A program made the position numbers and the translations under genes. A stretch of DNA of 62,949 bases, the filler included, from Octopus bimaculoides (taxonomy: Eukaryota), in assembly GCF_001194135.2 (NCBI RefSeq). It is 4 parts of 4 records of this genome, joined end to end, with 100 filler letters (N's around TTAATTAATTAA, not from the genome) between each part and the next. Parts side by side here need not be neighbours in the genome. Positions count along the whole stretch, not along the records: positions 1 to 15,145 come from NC_068993.1; positions 15,246 to 41,738 come from NC_068981.1; 2 more parts are not named here. One strand, written 5' to 3'. The notes below the pieces were generated by a model. That model was given only the letters and a program-made list of their open reading frames with translations. It was not told the DNA's origin and did not search any database. Below, piece after piece: positions 13,292 through 26,010 of the stretch; the first letter of the stretch is position 1; the number at the start of each line of letters is the position of its first letter.

Positions 13292-13381
13292 ATCCAGCTT
13301 GTAATATTTATGGCTAAAAAAATACTTTTACTGGATGTAGATTATAAACAGTATTACTATTTCTCTCTCTCCTCTCTCTCT

Positions 13382-13425
<44 letters not shown>

Positions 13426-13604
13426 GTAGATATTTATGTATGTGTGTGTGTTGGTATTTGTATATGCACCTGTGGCCTGGATGGAGAGACACGGCAGTTA
13501 TCGTTAGCTCTGTTATGCCGAATGTGTGCAGGAAACATCCCACCACTAAGGAGCCTGCTATAGGTGTTAAACCAGAAGGTTCTGCCACCCCGAAACTGGA
13601 CCAT

Positions 13605-13676
13605 ACTAGCGATGCGCTTCATCGCAGTTTCCTTCTATAAACTTTCATTCACAAGACGTTTATCGGTCGAAACCTC
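13605..13676 (-). mobile_element. Partial SINE (family of 53898-54061), truncated by gap
   Basis: CGCAGTTTCCTTCTATAAACTTTCATTCACAAGACGTTTATCGGTC parallels CAGTTTCCATCTACCAAGTCCACTCACAAGGTTTGATCGGCC at 53913-53954. Confidence 0.45.
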
Positions 13677-14149
13677 NNNNNNNNNNNNNNNNNNNNNNNN
13701 NNNNNNNNNNNNNNNNNNNNNNNNNNNNNNNNNNNNNNNNNNNNNNNNNNNNNNNNNNNNNNNNNNNNNNNNNNNNNNNNNNNNNNNNNNNNNNNNNNNN
13801 NNNNNNNNNNNNNNNNNNNNNNNNNNNNNNNNNNNNNNNNNNNNNNNNNNNNNNNNNNNNNNNNNNNNNNNNNNNNNNNNNNNNNNNNTATATACATATA
13901 TATATATATATGCTTATGCTTGGTCTGGAGGAAGAGAAAGTGCTCATAACCTCCGTAGACTTTCCTAGTTCGGTTGTTATCGGGGCCATTTATTATCCTC
14001 CTGTATCTTTGTTGTCAATACCTGTATAAAAAAAAAAAAACTTATCCTGATACACTATTCTAGAAGGCCTACATTAACTGAGGAGCAACATGGCTTAGGG
14101 ATTAGTGCAGTTAAGGGTTAGTCTCAATGAGATTCGCTTGGTTCTTCCG

Positions 14150-14465
14150 TCGGTTACAAAGGTCAGAGTTCCAATTGATATGATCAATGGTGCAGCTTGG
14201 TCGTGGAATTAACGTGCAAGTGACTGGGCATTCCTCACATATGCGTACCTTTGATATAGTTCTCAGGGAGACTCAGAATAATGCGACAACGCTGGCCCTG
14301 TGAATTACAGGTATGACTTATTTGTGCTACATGATTGCACTGGAGGAACATAAAATAAAATGACTGGCTCCAGAATACAACGCGCCGACGGGAATCAAAA
14401 CCATGACCTTACGATCGCAATTCAAATACCTTAGTCATTAACCCACACGCCTTCACACCTCCACA
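14150..14465 (-). mobile_element. tRNA-derived SINE with Meta-like core (related to 10615-10928)
   Basis: Minus-strand head TGAAGGCGTGTGGGTTAATGACTAAGG...GGTTTTGATTCCCG...CAGTCATTTTATTTTATGTTCCTCCAGTGC aligns with 10615-10740. The 3' body differs from the 10615 copy. Confidence 0.65.
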
Positions 14466-15189
14466 CGAGATTAACGAGAGGAGAAAAATTAATAAGACGG
14501 GGTACTCGAGATATTCTTCAGGCTCCTTATGTATTTTGACAGCGATGTATAATGCATTTTCTTGGTACCGCATAAAGTGTGTGCATACAAATGTACTTCG
14601 AAAGGCGAAGAGCAATTTCTGGAAAGTATATTCGTTTTATACATTAATACTTTGTAAGCTACTTATTGTAAAATAATCAGGTAAATTTTGGTTTATCTTT
14701 GGTTTTCACACCCAAATACACATTCACAGTCAAGCATGTACATATACATCCCTGATTAGTCAGTGAGTACGCATTGTTAGATTACTCAAGGCAGACATAC
14801 GCGCACATACGCAAATATATATCCTTCAAGCTGATTAGGAAATGAATATTTTGGAATGAATAGACTCTGGTACATTTATTATGCGTTCAGGTGTTTATAC
14901 ATCACAAAGTATTCAAACGGACATGCACACACGCGTGCGCATACACACATCCCTACACACACAGACGCCCATTTATATATGCATATGTGTGTGATTATAC
15001 ATATATATGTATATATGGATGTATATATATATATAATATATATATATATATATAGTTATATATTTGGAGATTTGTTATTGGTATAAGAATATACCATAAA
15101 CAAGTATTAAAAAATGGAGAGATCTTTTCATGAATACGATGAATCNNNNNNNNNNNNNNNNNNNNNNNNNNNNNNNNNNNNNNNNNNNN

Positions 15190-15201
15190 TTAATTAATTA
15201 A
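15190..15201. other. Assembly placeholder (N44-TTAATTAATTAA-N44)
   Basis: An identical 12-mer with stops in all six frames, flanked by 44 N each side (100 bp total). Also at 41783 and 54672. Confidence 0.9.
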
Positions 15202-15254
15202 NNNNNNNNNNNNNNNNNNNNNNNNNNNNNNNNNNNNNNNNNNNNATATAAAAT

Positions 15255-16274
15255 ATATACGTATGCACAATGACAGATTTACTACCCAAAGTTATTTATG
15301 CTGACATGCTTGCTACACCAGCTCTTTCAGCAACGCAAAAGTGGGCAGCTGAAATTAGTGTGGAAGGATTACTTTTGAAAGTGACCTAAGATATAGATTT
15401 GTTGCAATCGCCAAAACCATAGGAATCATTGAAAATGTTCATCACATTGTGACGGTTAGTAGACGGTTGACTATATTGCCGATCCTCTGAGAGAGAGGAG
15501 AATATTCAGCTCTTTAAACATGACGTGCTGAAGTTTCTGCTCTGTCGGCACCACGTATTCTGATACCAGACCTAAATTTCACCAAGCCGATGACTTCATG
15601 AAAAGTTTTGACCTTGTTTAAAGCACATCCAGCAGATTTCCTGGAACGTTTCCTAACATAGTAAGAGGTGTTGGTTTAAGCCGGTGTTAAAGTGACAATC
15701 GATGTCGTGGAAACATCCTCCTTACCTCTTCCAAAGAATGCTGACGTGGTTATATCTACAGGGAAAATGATAGTATGCAAAAGCGGTCGTATTCATTGGC
15801 ATTCTTTAAAACGTCCACAGTATCTTTGAAGAGTAATATGCCAATTTGCTCAGGCAGTCTTGTAAGAACAAGCTGTCACGTAAGCTGACGCAAGTTTTCT
15901 GATCTTACGTGGACAATGGTCCAGTATACAAGTCCATGTTGTTAGTAACTGCTGAACGTGACAGAGATCTGGTTCTGATGTGTTGATTAGTCTTCTTATT
16001 CACCTGATTTGGTTACTTCTGATTATCATCTCTCCTCCAACATGAATGAAAATTTGACTAAGAATCAATATCGCTGAAATGATGACGTTATATCTGCTGT
16101 TAATGAGATTTTGACCAACAGGATGAACGTTTCTTCACCATTGGGATCCAAGCGCTGCAACAAAAATTGAAGACGTTTGTCGACCTCGAGAAGAAACAGG
16201 TTGACAAGCAAATCTCATTTGTCACATTCCATGTATGTATTTCAGCATTCTAAGTTAGTTTCAGGCGAACCTCG
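15255..16274 (+). mobile_element. Degenerate mariner transposon (5' end lost in gap); same family as 36896-38329
   Basis: Broken translation retains SATQKWAAE, KV(S)A..P.IL (WVPRLL-like), FLERFLT, DNGPVYKS (HQDNAPAH), PYSPDL..SDYH, DDVISAV and GIQALQ. Degenerate right TIR TCAGGCGAACCTCG. Confidence 0.8.
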
Positions 16275-16934
16275 CGTTTATATGCTTACATCCACATATA
16301 TGTGTGTGTGTGTGTTTGTGTGTATGTATATAAGAACTTATCTATCTACCTCTCCACCTGCTTACATGAATAATGACATATGCATACAAATGTATATCTA
16401 TGTATATCTATGTATATGTGTATANNNNNNNNNNNNNNNNNNNNNNNNNNNNNNNNNNNNNNNNNNNNNNNNNNNNNNNNNNNNNNNNNNNNNNNNNNNN
16501 NNNNNNNNNNNNNNNNNNNNNNNNNNNNNNNNNNNNNNNNNNNNNNNNNNNNNNNNNNNNNNNNNNNNNNNNNNNNNNNNNNNNNNNNNNNNNNNNNNNN
16601 NNNNNNNNNNNNNNNNNNNNNNNNNNNNNNNNNNNNNNNNNNNNNNNNNNNNNNNNNNNNNNNNNNNNNNNNNNNNNNNNNNNNNNNNNNNNNNNNNNNN
16701 NNNNNNNNNNNNNNNNNNNNNNNNNNNNNNNNNNNNNNNNNNNNNNNNNNNNNNNNNNNNNNNNNNNNNNNNNNNNNNNNNNNNNNNNNNNNNNNNNNNN
16801 NNNNNNNNNNNNNNNNNNNNNNNNNNNNNNNNNNNNNNNNNNNNNNNNNNNNNNNNNNNNNNNNNNNNNNNNNNNNNNNNNNNNNNNNNNNNNNNNNNNN
16901 NNNNNNNNNNNNNNNNNNNNNNNNNNNNNNNNNN

Positions 16935-16992
<58 letters not shown>

Positions 16993-19346
16993 CGTGCATA
17001 TAGTGTGTGCGCGTGAGTGAGCTTTTGTGTGATGTTTGTACGTATATAACACGCATACTTTTGTATATAGACGTTTAGGTGTATATAATTGTGCATGTTA
17101 CTTTCTATGATATATATTTGTTTAATGTTTGCTTACATGCACACACTTGCTATAACACATGCATTAATTCATAAGAGAACCATCCCCAACAATATATAGC
17201 TTGACCCAAGTACAAACATTGACTCAATATGAATCATATGAGTGCATCAATAATTTACAGAATGGCTTTCACCTACATAGATACAAGTAAAAGATATTAT
17301 AATTATTCATGTTGTCATAATTTGTGTCTTGTTGTCTTCCTATTCATTCATGATTATTGAGTTCATAAATTATGATAGATACATATGAACCAGTCCAAGT
17401 GATATATTGAATATACGTATTCGATTTAAATGTTTCTGTCATCAGTATTATATTTTATTAATATTCTTGATGAACATGCGATAGATAGGCAGACATTATT
17501 GAACATCAGATTAAAAGTTTTTCACTGTATGTTTGCACAGTTTAACGTTCAAATCCGATAGGGTTCGATTGTTTTCTTCCCCCATGTCAGATTACAAATA
17601 TGGGGACATATACTGATATCTTATTATGTTTTGCTATAATTCTATTTGCATTCAACCAGCAAAAATATATTGAATACTATCCGATACCTAAATCTATTAC
17701 AAGTGCTGGCCTATGGGTCTAAACTGGTAACAATATTACTGTAATGTAGAAAATCAGTTGCTTCTATTTATGTATATGCATGTTGTCTATGCATACATAT
17801 GGGGAATTTAGACATGCGTCTTTTAAGTACTGCACATTGCAGCAATATAATATTGGTGAGAGGCGCACCTCGATAAATATTAAATATTTAATCTTCGACA
17901 TTCATGTGTATGTTAAATATGTAATTAATTCAGAAAAAAAAAATCACATCTAACAAACAAGAATGAAAACAGTAAATGCTGAACTAATCTCTGTTTCTGC
18001 AAAACAACCTCACGTCGTGCTTATGAGATAATTTGTTTGAGGAAGATACTAGCAATTTTTTTGGTTAAAGTCAAATCGGTGTTTGAACGTTTTTCATTTC
18101 AAAGAAGTTGAGATACAAAACTGACGAGTTGAATGAAAAGTTCTTTGAAAGTTATCAATATTTCTTCAAAATTAAAGAAATCTTGAAATTTAAGGAAATG
18201 GGTCTATGATAAAATTATATGCTGAAAATACATTTTTGTTAAATGCAACAGATTTAAACATAACTAATCTGATTCCAAAATTCACGATGTGCTGAAAAAG
18301 GAATAAATAATATATTTGTAAAGTGTGTGTTATTAAATGAATGCGCACAATGAATATGGATAACAGTTGAACAAAACAGAAATATTACTTCAAATCTGTG
18401 GAAATAAAAATTCGGTACTTAGATATGTCCATTTGGTCGAAACGCAAATTCGTTTCATTCTTCAGTTATCGCATTGAAGTCCGTTGCAGTAGGAATTCCC
18501 TGAGGTTACACCTATTTTTCATCTTATAATCACATTGACAACGCCGAATCGAAATTAATTGTGCAAGATTAATTCAGTTTCTTGGGTTATCAGATATTGT
18601 TTTTTGTTGTATAAGATGTGAATATTACCGATTAGATTATAATATCTTTCCCACTATAGATAAAGACTTTCCGTAAAATGAGGACTTTTACGTATGTCAC
18701 TAATTGCCAAACAATTTAATGAATTTATATGATATAACTGAAATTGTCCTAATATTAAAATTTACCTCTAAAAATGAAATTATTCTATACTCAATAGATC
18801 TATGTATCACGTTCAGAATAATCAATTTTAGTTCATTGTTGTTTAATGACATCTGATGCTGCAGGTATGCGGTGTACATGTGAGAGAGAAAAAAACTATC
18901 AACGAAGATTTCAATCTATAGTCGGGTTTCATTTTATTCTGTCGAATAGAAATATACTCTGCGTTGTCACTGAAATAATAACCATCATGCAACTACAAAA
19001 GCACGCACACGCAATAGAATGACATGTACACATGCATTAGAATACACATGCCCGGTAGCACATATACTTCCTTCCCTGAGACGCACCCACATGCGCGTGC
19101 ACACACAAACACACTAATGCACACACACGCACACACACACACTCAAACAAACACACATAAACACTCGCACATACATACACAAACACACACACATACACAT
19201 ACGTGAAAATGCAAATTTTCCTATTAATATCTTAAGCATTAAAATGAAATTAATATTACTGCCCTCTCCCTCTCATTCCCTTCACAGTCTTCAATTTGCA
19301 TCCTCTTTCATTTTCACTGAACTACATATTATTTGTCTAATTTCAG

Positions 19347-19388
19347 TGTTAGTCTCATACTAGTGCAAGGAGAAGGAATATTTGATAG
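19347..19388 (+). CDS. Candidate 42-nt coding micro-exon (unconfirmed)
   Basis: TTTGTCTAATTTCAG acceptor and AG|GTGAGG donor. The only open reading is phase 2-2, VSLILVQGEGIFD(R), resembling the end of a signal peptide. No homology recognised. Confidence 0.2.
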
Positions 19389-19881
19389 GTGAGGCACACA
19401 TTGCAGGTCACCCTAAATATTGTGTGGTATTTAGTTTAATTCCATAACAATCCGAGATAAAATCGATGTAATATCAACGTAAATTATATTAAGCATTTCT
19501 TTTAAAAGTACAGTGTTTAATTCTATCGATTATAAAAATTAACATATTAAAATTTTGCTTTCCAGCGATGCTACAAATTAATGGATTTTGGAAAAGGTGA
19601 AAATATACCTGTGCATGCGGTAATACTAATCCACGCAATAAAATGTGTGTAAAACCAATGTCTGCAGCTGTCGTTGTTGCTAATATATAACTATTATTAT
19701 TATTTCAGACTGTGTGCCTTTAATAGAAAAGATTACTAGTAATGTCGCTCTTGTTGTTATTATTATTATTATTCAAATATTTAGATGTGCGCAAATGCTA
19801 GGATTAGACAGATGTTTACAAATTTAAGCATGCACAAACATACATACGCTCACACATACGCACATTCACAGACACACACAC

Positions 19882-19961
<80 letters not shown>

Positions 19962-20054
19962 ATATATATATATATTTACACTATGATACAAATATACATA
20001 TATACATACGATATATGCGGTGCGAATGGCTTTATTATACGACATCGAGATTTA

Positions 20055-21242
20055 TTAGGTCATTAAGTATGAAATTTGTAGTAAGGATATAAAAATGGCT
20101 TATGACTTATAAATATAAGGAATAGTTTTATGCATCAAAGTATGCTCCCATATTGTAAATACACTTTTGCCAAATCAGCGGTAGTTTGTCAAACCCGGAA
20201 CTGTAAAAACCTGGCAATCTTCTCTTGAAAGTCAATAAACTCTTGGAAGGCCTGTTTTACAGCATCTTCGGAATTAAATATTTTCCTCTCAAAAATAATA
20301 GTTAGTGGGGACAAGAGCAGGTGAGTATGGTGGATGATGGATAACTTCCAACTCCATCACCTTAGTTTCGTCAATGCGATTTTTGCGACGTGTGGTCTGG
20401 TGTTGTCTTCCAATGAAATAGCAGTGGATCTGTTGACTCATCTAGGCTGCTTTTTTTGGAAGTTTCTACATCATTTGGTCCAGTTGGCTGTAGTATACTT
20501 CGGTCGTAGATGATGAGCCAGGTATAATGAAATCATAATGGATCACACCTGTACCAGACCACGAAACAAAGACCATTAGGTTATTTTGATGAATTTAGCG
20601 GTTTGAACTTTGTTTTGGTAGCTCGTCTTTGTCCAACCGTTGTGTTGAACGTTTACGGTTATTGTATAGGATCCATTTCTCATCACATGTTACAATTCTA
20701 TTAAAACATGATTCAATTTTATGGCGAAAAAGTAGCATGATGCAGGCTTCTAAATGTTGCTGTTTCTGATTTTCGTTGAGTTCGTGTGGAACCCACTTGT
20801 CTAAATATTTTACCTAACCGATTTGAACTAGGTAAATTATTCACGTCATTATCCACCTTTGTTTCTGGTCGACTGCATTGCTCATTTGTGAGGTCAATGC
20901 TACCAGAACGAAATTTTGCAAGCCAATTTGATACTACCCGCTGTGTAATAACATTAGAATGAGATACTCCATTAATATTCCGAGCTGTCTGTGATGCTGT
21001 ATTTCCAAGAAAGAACTCATATTTCAAAACTACCAATTTCCGATGTATCCATCTCTAAACACAATTAGTAAAAGACGATCTTTAAATAATTTATAAAGCG
21101 CAAAATAAGTTAGAATAAAGAAATAGATGTGTCAGCTTTCTAACAAAAAATAAAGACTGTCAAAATATTATAATGGCGCAGAATGAGCAGCTGTCAAAGT
21201 TTGCCATATACATTACTACAAATTTCATAGTTAACTCTCTAA
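20055..21242 (-). mobile_element. Full-length but inactive mariner (Hsmar1/SETMAR-like transposase) with TIRs and TA TSDs
   Basis: TIRs TTAGGTCATTAAGTATGAAATTTGTAGTAA and (rc) TTAGAGAGTTAACTATGAAATTTGTAGTAA (25/30), flanked by TA at 20053 and 21243. Translation includes VLKYEFFLGNTASQTARNIN, WVPHEL, IVTCDEKWILYN and HPPYSP, with frameshifts. Confidence 0.92.
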
Positions 21243-21476
21243 TACAATCATGTAAATAATAATACTAAGTACGCTACAGTTACACCAGCGAATTGGATTC
21301 CCTGTTTCTGTAAAATTTAAGGGCTACATTAATTCGTAGTTGTATTTTGTAAACAAAGTTATATGTGCTTTCCTCGCGAATATATATATATACATATTTT
21401 ATACGGCGCGGAATTTTACAATCCTTTAAATAATAATAATGGTATTTATATATGCTTAAAGATTATAGCGATCACC

Positions 21477-21997
21477 GTGCAATAACTAAGGAACTTAGTC
21501 TAATAATGGGGCACATAAGCCTGCGAGAGAAAATATTTACTTGTGTAATCATAAAAAACTTAGTCGCGTTAAAAAGGGATATGACCTCGAGTCTCATGCG
21601 GATGAAAAAGCCTAGTATTTTTTGTGTCGAGGGCTTCTTTGCCCCATTATTTGACTATTTTTGTGTTAGTCGTTGCACGTCCATCGCTATAAGCTTTACG
21701 CTTATATAAATAACAATGTTATTATTTACAGGGTTGTAAAACTCGGCACCCTGGAGCAAAACCATTCGCACCGAAATCACATAGAAGTTTGTTTACGAAA
21801 AAACAACTACGGACTAATATAGTTATTAAATTTGAGAGAAACAGCGAGATTAATTGGTTGCTGTAATAGTAACATACTTAATCGTGTTAAGAAACAGGAT
21901 GTGGTTTCGAGTACCAGGCGGATCGGAAAGCCTATATTTATTTTCTGTCGAGGGCTTATATACCCAATTATCAGTCTATTTTCCTTAGTCATTGCAC
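21477..21997. repeat. Unclassified 520-bp element with 59-bp terminal inverted repeats and an internal third copy
   Basis: The reverse complement of 21477-21535 matches 21939-21997 at 48/59 ungapped. A further diverged copy lies at 21616-21678, and similarity between the two direct copies extends about 35 bp upstream. Confidence 0.75.
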
Positions 21998-22049
21998 TTG
22001 GTTGAAGTGGAACTGAATAATGATTATGCTCCGAAGTATTAAATCAGAA

Positions 22050-22269
22050 TTATCAGTTATTTATGTTCTGTACGATTACTTTTTTATCCTTAAATATTTA
22101 TAATTGTATATACATTCATTAGTTACTATAATTTATTAGTTTCTTTTGCATAATCTTAGTTTATGTATGTGTATGCAACTATAGTATTGGTATATCCCAT
22201 TTATGTTCATTAGAAATTAAATAAATAGAAAATTTAACATGTACAAATATTTGTTTTCACCCCACTGTA
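22050..22269 (+). mobile_element. Possible Tc1-like 3' terminal remnant (solo TIR)
   Basis: Ends ...AAATATTTGTTTTCACCCCACTG|TA. The reverse TA|CAGTGGGGTGAAAACAAATATTT resembles Tc1-type TIRs. No partner TIR or transposase found. Confidence 0.35.
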
Positions 22270-23727
22270 TATGTGTGTGTTATATAACAAACCTGGATAA
22301 AGTCAACAAATAATTCATTTCGCATAATAGGAAACAGATATACTGTAGTAAGAACATGATTTTTTTAAATGAATAAATATATTAATAAAAATCTCTCATT
22401 AAGAGAATATAGCTCGTAAGGCACCTAGCCATTATTTCGTATTAATTGTATTAGTGTATAAGTACAGACTAAAAGTTATATTCTTGAACACACTCAACAC
22501 ACTGATACAATCAAAATTTTCCACCGAATTTCCAGTTCTATTTTACTTCTGGATACATAATAACTTACATACACGCATACATACAGAGAAATATATAAGG
22601 ATTTATTTTTCGTAATGACATAAAAAAAAAGACAAGGCTGGTGAGAAGAATTTATCTATATTTTAACTTCAAACCACTATCTAACCCCTCACTCATACTC
22701 ATAATCGAATTTTACAACCATCTAATTATATTCGTGTGTGTGTTATCCATGCATATGTACGTGTATATGTATGTGCGTGCGAGTATGTATGTATGTGTAT
22801 ATCTGTGAATGTATGAATGTATGCAAGGTATATATGCACGTATGTGTGGGTGTGCACGTATCCCTATTCATATGAGTACGAGTTATATGTGTGGATATTG
22901 ATATGTATAAACATCTGTGTAAATATATAAAAAATATACATATGCATGCCTAATGAATACATTCTCACATATATATATTCTGACATGTTTTTATTCTACT
23001 ACTAGTACTGACTTGTCCACCATCTAAATTTCTTTCTCTACCGCATCATTTAGACACTTTCACTGCAATTGATACTCCTTAAAGATTTATGTATCTCTCT
23101 CCATAACCCTCCATTCATTCTATCCTTCTACACTGTAATACCTGTTTCTCGCTTTCACCCTTATCCTCCCGTACCTACTTTCTTATTATATTTACTGACC
23201 ATTCTGTTACAGTTTCTCTTATCTCCATTTTTGTATTCCTTTTCCATTCTCTTCTTTATTTCTTTAATTATATTCTTCTTACTTTTTTGTTCCCTTTCTC
23301 TCCCCCCTTTTCTCCTCTTCCATTATTCAACACTTCCTGTTTTCGATTTGACCTTACTAATACACTCCCTACTTTTAGGTCACTTTAAACAGAACCTTGA
23401 TTCAATAACACCGTGTATAAACTCTGTATTTGGAATGACCAATTTGAAAGACTCTTGGATGTTACTCATAGGGTACTGTAATCTTAATAATAAATTTACA
23501 AATCCAATGACCAATTTAAAGACTGTTGTATTTTACTCACAAGGTATTGGAAACTTATATATATACCATTCTGCCTAAACAAATGAATAAAAGAATATGT
23601 TATATGTAACGTGTAGTATATCTGTTTTATTTCAAAATTAGATTCTCTAAATTTAATGACATAAATATACACTTACATCAATACATTCATACATACATAC
23701 ATACATACATATATATATATTTATACA

Positions 23728-23771
<44 letters not shown>

Positions 23772-24631
23772 CATATATATATANNNNNNNNNNNNNNNNN
23801 NNNNNNNNNNNNNNNNNNNNNNNNNNNNNNNNNNNNNNNNNNNNNNNNNNNNNNNNNNNNNNNNNNNNNNNNNNNNNNNNNNNNNNNNNNNNNNNNNNNN
23901 NNNNNNNNNNNNNNNNNNNNNNNNNNNNNNNNNNNNNNNNNNNNNNNNNNNNNNNNNNNNNNNNNNNNNNNNNNNNNNNNNNNNNNNNNNNNNNNNNNNN
24001 NNNNNNNNNNNNNNNNNNNNNNNNNNNNNNNNNNNNNNNNNNNNNNNNNNNNNNNNNNNNNNNNNNNNNNNNNNNNNNNNNNNNNNNNNNNNNNNNNNNN
24101 NNNNNNNNNNNNNNNNNNNNNNNNNNNNNNNNNNNNNNNNNNNNNNNNNNNNNNNNNNNNNNNNNNNNNNNNNNNNNNNNNNNNNNNNNNNNNNNNNNNN
24201 NNNNNNNNNNNNNNNNNNNNNNNNNNNNNNNNNNNNNNNNNNNNNNNNNNNNNNNNNNNNNNNNNNNTATATATATAGTCGATTAGTTAAGCTGGTCTTT
24301 TGTGTTTTGCAGTTTGTTTCAAGCTTCATTTTGCTATGAGCCGACAGTAATCCTTGTTCCACTCCTTATCTATTGTATTTTTATCCCCATTCGTCCCTTT
24401 TTAAACCATGAGTTGTTTGGTTACCGTCAGCATATCGATATTCCTTTTAATTTAGATATGGGAAGACAGGTGTTATTTACTATGTTAATAGACATGTCTT
24501 ATCATAAATTGTCCATTTCTTCTCCTTTGTATTAGTCGCGTAAATGTTTGAAACTTATTGACTGTGAACCCTGGATCGTAATTTTATATTGTTATACACG
24601 TATTCATGCACGCACATGCATATATATAAAC

Positions 24632-24790
24632 ACAGGTGTAGCTGTGTATTAAGTAGCGAGTCTAGCAACCTCATGGCTCCCGATTCAGTCTCACTGCGTT
24701 GCACCTTGGTCAAGTGTCTTCAAGTGTCGAGTCGACCAAAGCGATGTGAGTGGATTTGGTGGACAGACACTGAAAGAAGCACGTCGAATG
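24632..24790 (+). mobile_element. tRNA-derived SINE (family of 53898-54061)
   Basis: GTAGCTGTGTATTAAGTAGC...GATTCAGTCTCACTGCGTTGCACCTTGGTCAAGTGTCTTC...GTGAGTGGATTTGGTGGACAGACACTGAAAGAAGC aligns along its length with the reverse complement of 53898-54061, followed by (GT)n. Confidence 0.8.
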
Positions 24791-25790
24791 TGTGTGGGGG
24801 GGTGCGTGTGTGTGTGTGCGTGCGTGTGTGAGTGTGTGTGTATAACGAATAATAAAACAAATGATTTACTCTTGGTAGCTTACTGGTAAAGCACGGTCAC
24901 GAATACTCTTGAACCAGTTGTTGAGTGTCCCACCCAAAAGGAATCGATGCTAGATGTGTCGAAGCAATTGTCCTGATTAATGATAAATTCCATCTTCTGC
25001 CTTTCATTTGCTATATATATATATATNNNNNNNNNNNNNNNNNNNNNNNNNNNNNNNNNNNNNNNNNNNNNNNNNNNNNNNNNNNNNNNNNNNNNNNNNN
25101 NNNNNNNNNNNNNNNNNNNNNNNNNNNNNNNNNNNNNNNNNNNNNNNNNNNNNNNNNNNNNNNNNNNNNNNNNNNNNNNNNNNNNNNNNNNNNNNNNNNN
25201 NNNNNNNNNNNNNNNNNNNNNNNNNNNNNNNNNNNNNNNNNNNNNNNNNNNNNNNNNNNNNNNNNNNNNNNNNNNNNNNNNNNNNNNNNNNNNNNNNNNN
25301 NNNNNNNNNNNNNNNNNNNNNNNNNNNNNNNNNNNNNNNNNNNNNNNNNNNNNNNNNNNNNNNNNNNNNNNNNNNNNNNNNNNNNNNNNNNNNNNNNNNN
25401 NNNNNNNNNNNNNNNNNNNNNNNNNNNNNNNNNNNNNNNNNNNNNNNNNNNNNNNNNNNNNNNNNNNNNNNNNNNNNNNNNNNNNNNNNNNNNNNNNNNN
25501 NNNNNNNNNNNNNNNNNNNNNNNNNNNNNNNNNNNNNNNNNNAATTAAACAATACTTCATATGTTTCCATATGGGTTATATGATAACAGGTCAACGGGGG
25601 AATGAGGTGCTTCTGAATTCTGTAACAAGGGCTTTCGTAAGCGTCTGCTAATTTTATTATTTCTCAAATTATTTTTCAATATTGTCATATATTTATGCAC
25701 ACACACACAAGAAGACCCAAATGCACGCACACACACTCTTTCGCCCTCCTCTATCTCACGTACATACACATACATACGCGAGCACAAACA

Positions 25791-25837
<47 letters not shown>

Positions 25838-25917
25838 AGAAACACGCACGAGTGTAGCTTGTCTGAAAAAATTAACGAAAATATAAAAGTATGGGGACAG
25901 GATTTCATTATTTTTAG

Positions 25918-26010
25918 GAAATATAACACTGGTCTAATCTGTTATGTAAAACGAGATTTAGAATCAATACATGATCCTGAAGATCGAAACAATCTGAACC
26001 TATTCGAACA
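25918..26010 (+). CDS. Candidate 93-nt coding exon (unconfirmed)
   Basis: TTCATTATTTTTAG acceptor and CA|GTATGG donor. Phase 2-2 open frame (R)KYNTGLICYVKRDLESIHDPEDRNNLNLFE in non-repetitive sequence. No family recognised. Confidence 0.22.

Noticed and set aside
15190-15201. TTAATTAATTAA recurring identically three times (also 41783 and 54672)
   Set aside because: Artificial all-frame-stop marker inside 100-bp N placeholders, not biological.
25968-25995. CTGAAGA-TC-GAAAC hammerhead-like core
   Set aside because: No stem II, stem III or cleavage triplet. Chance match.
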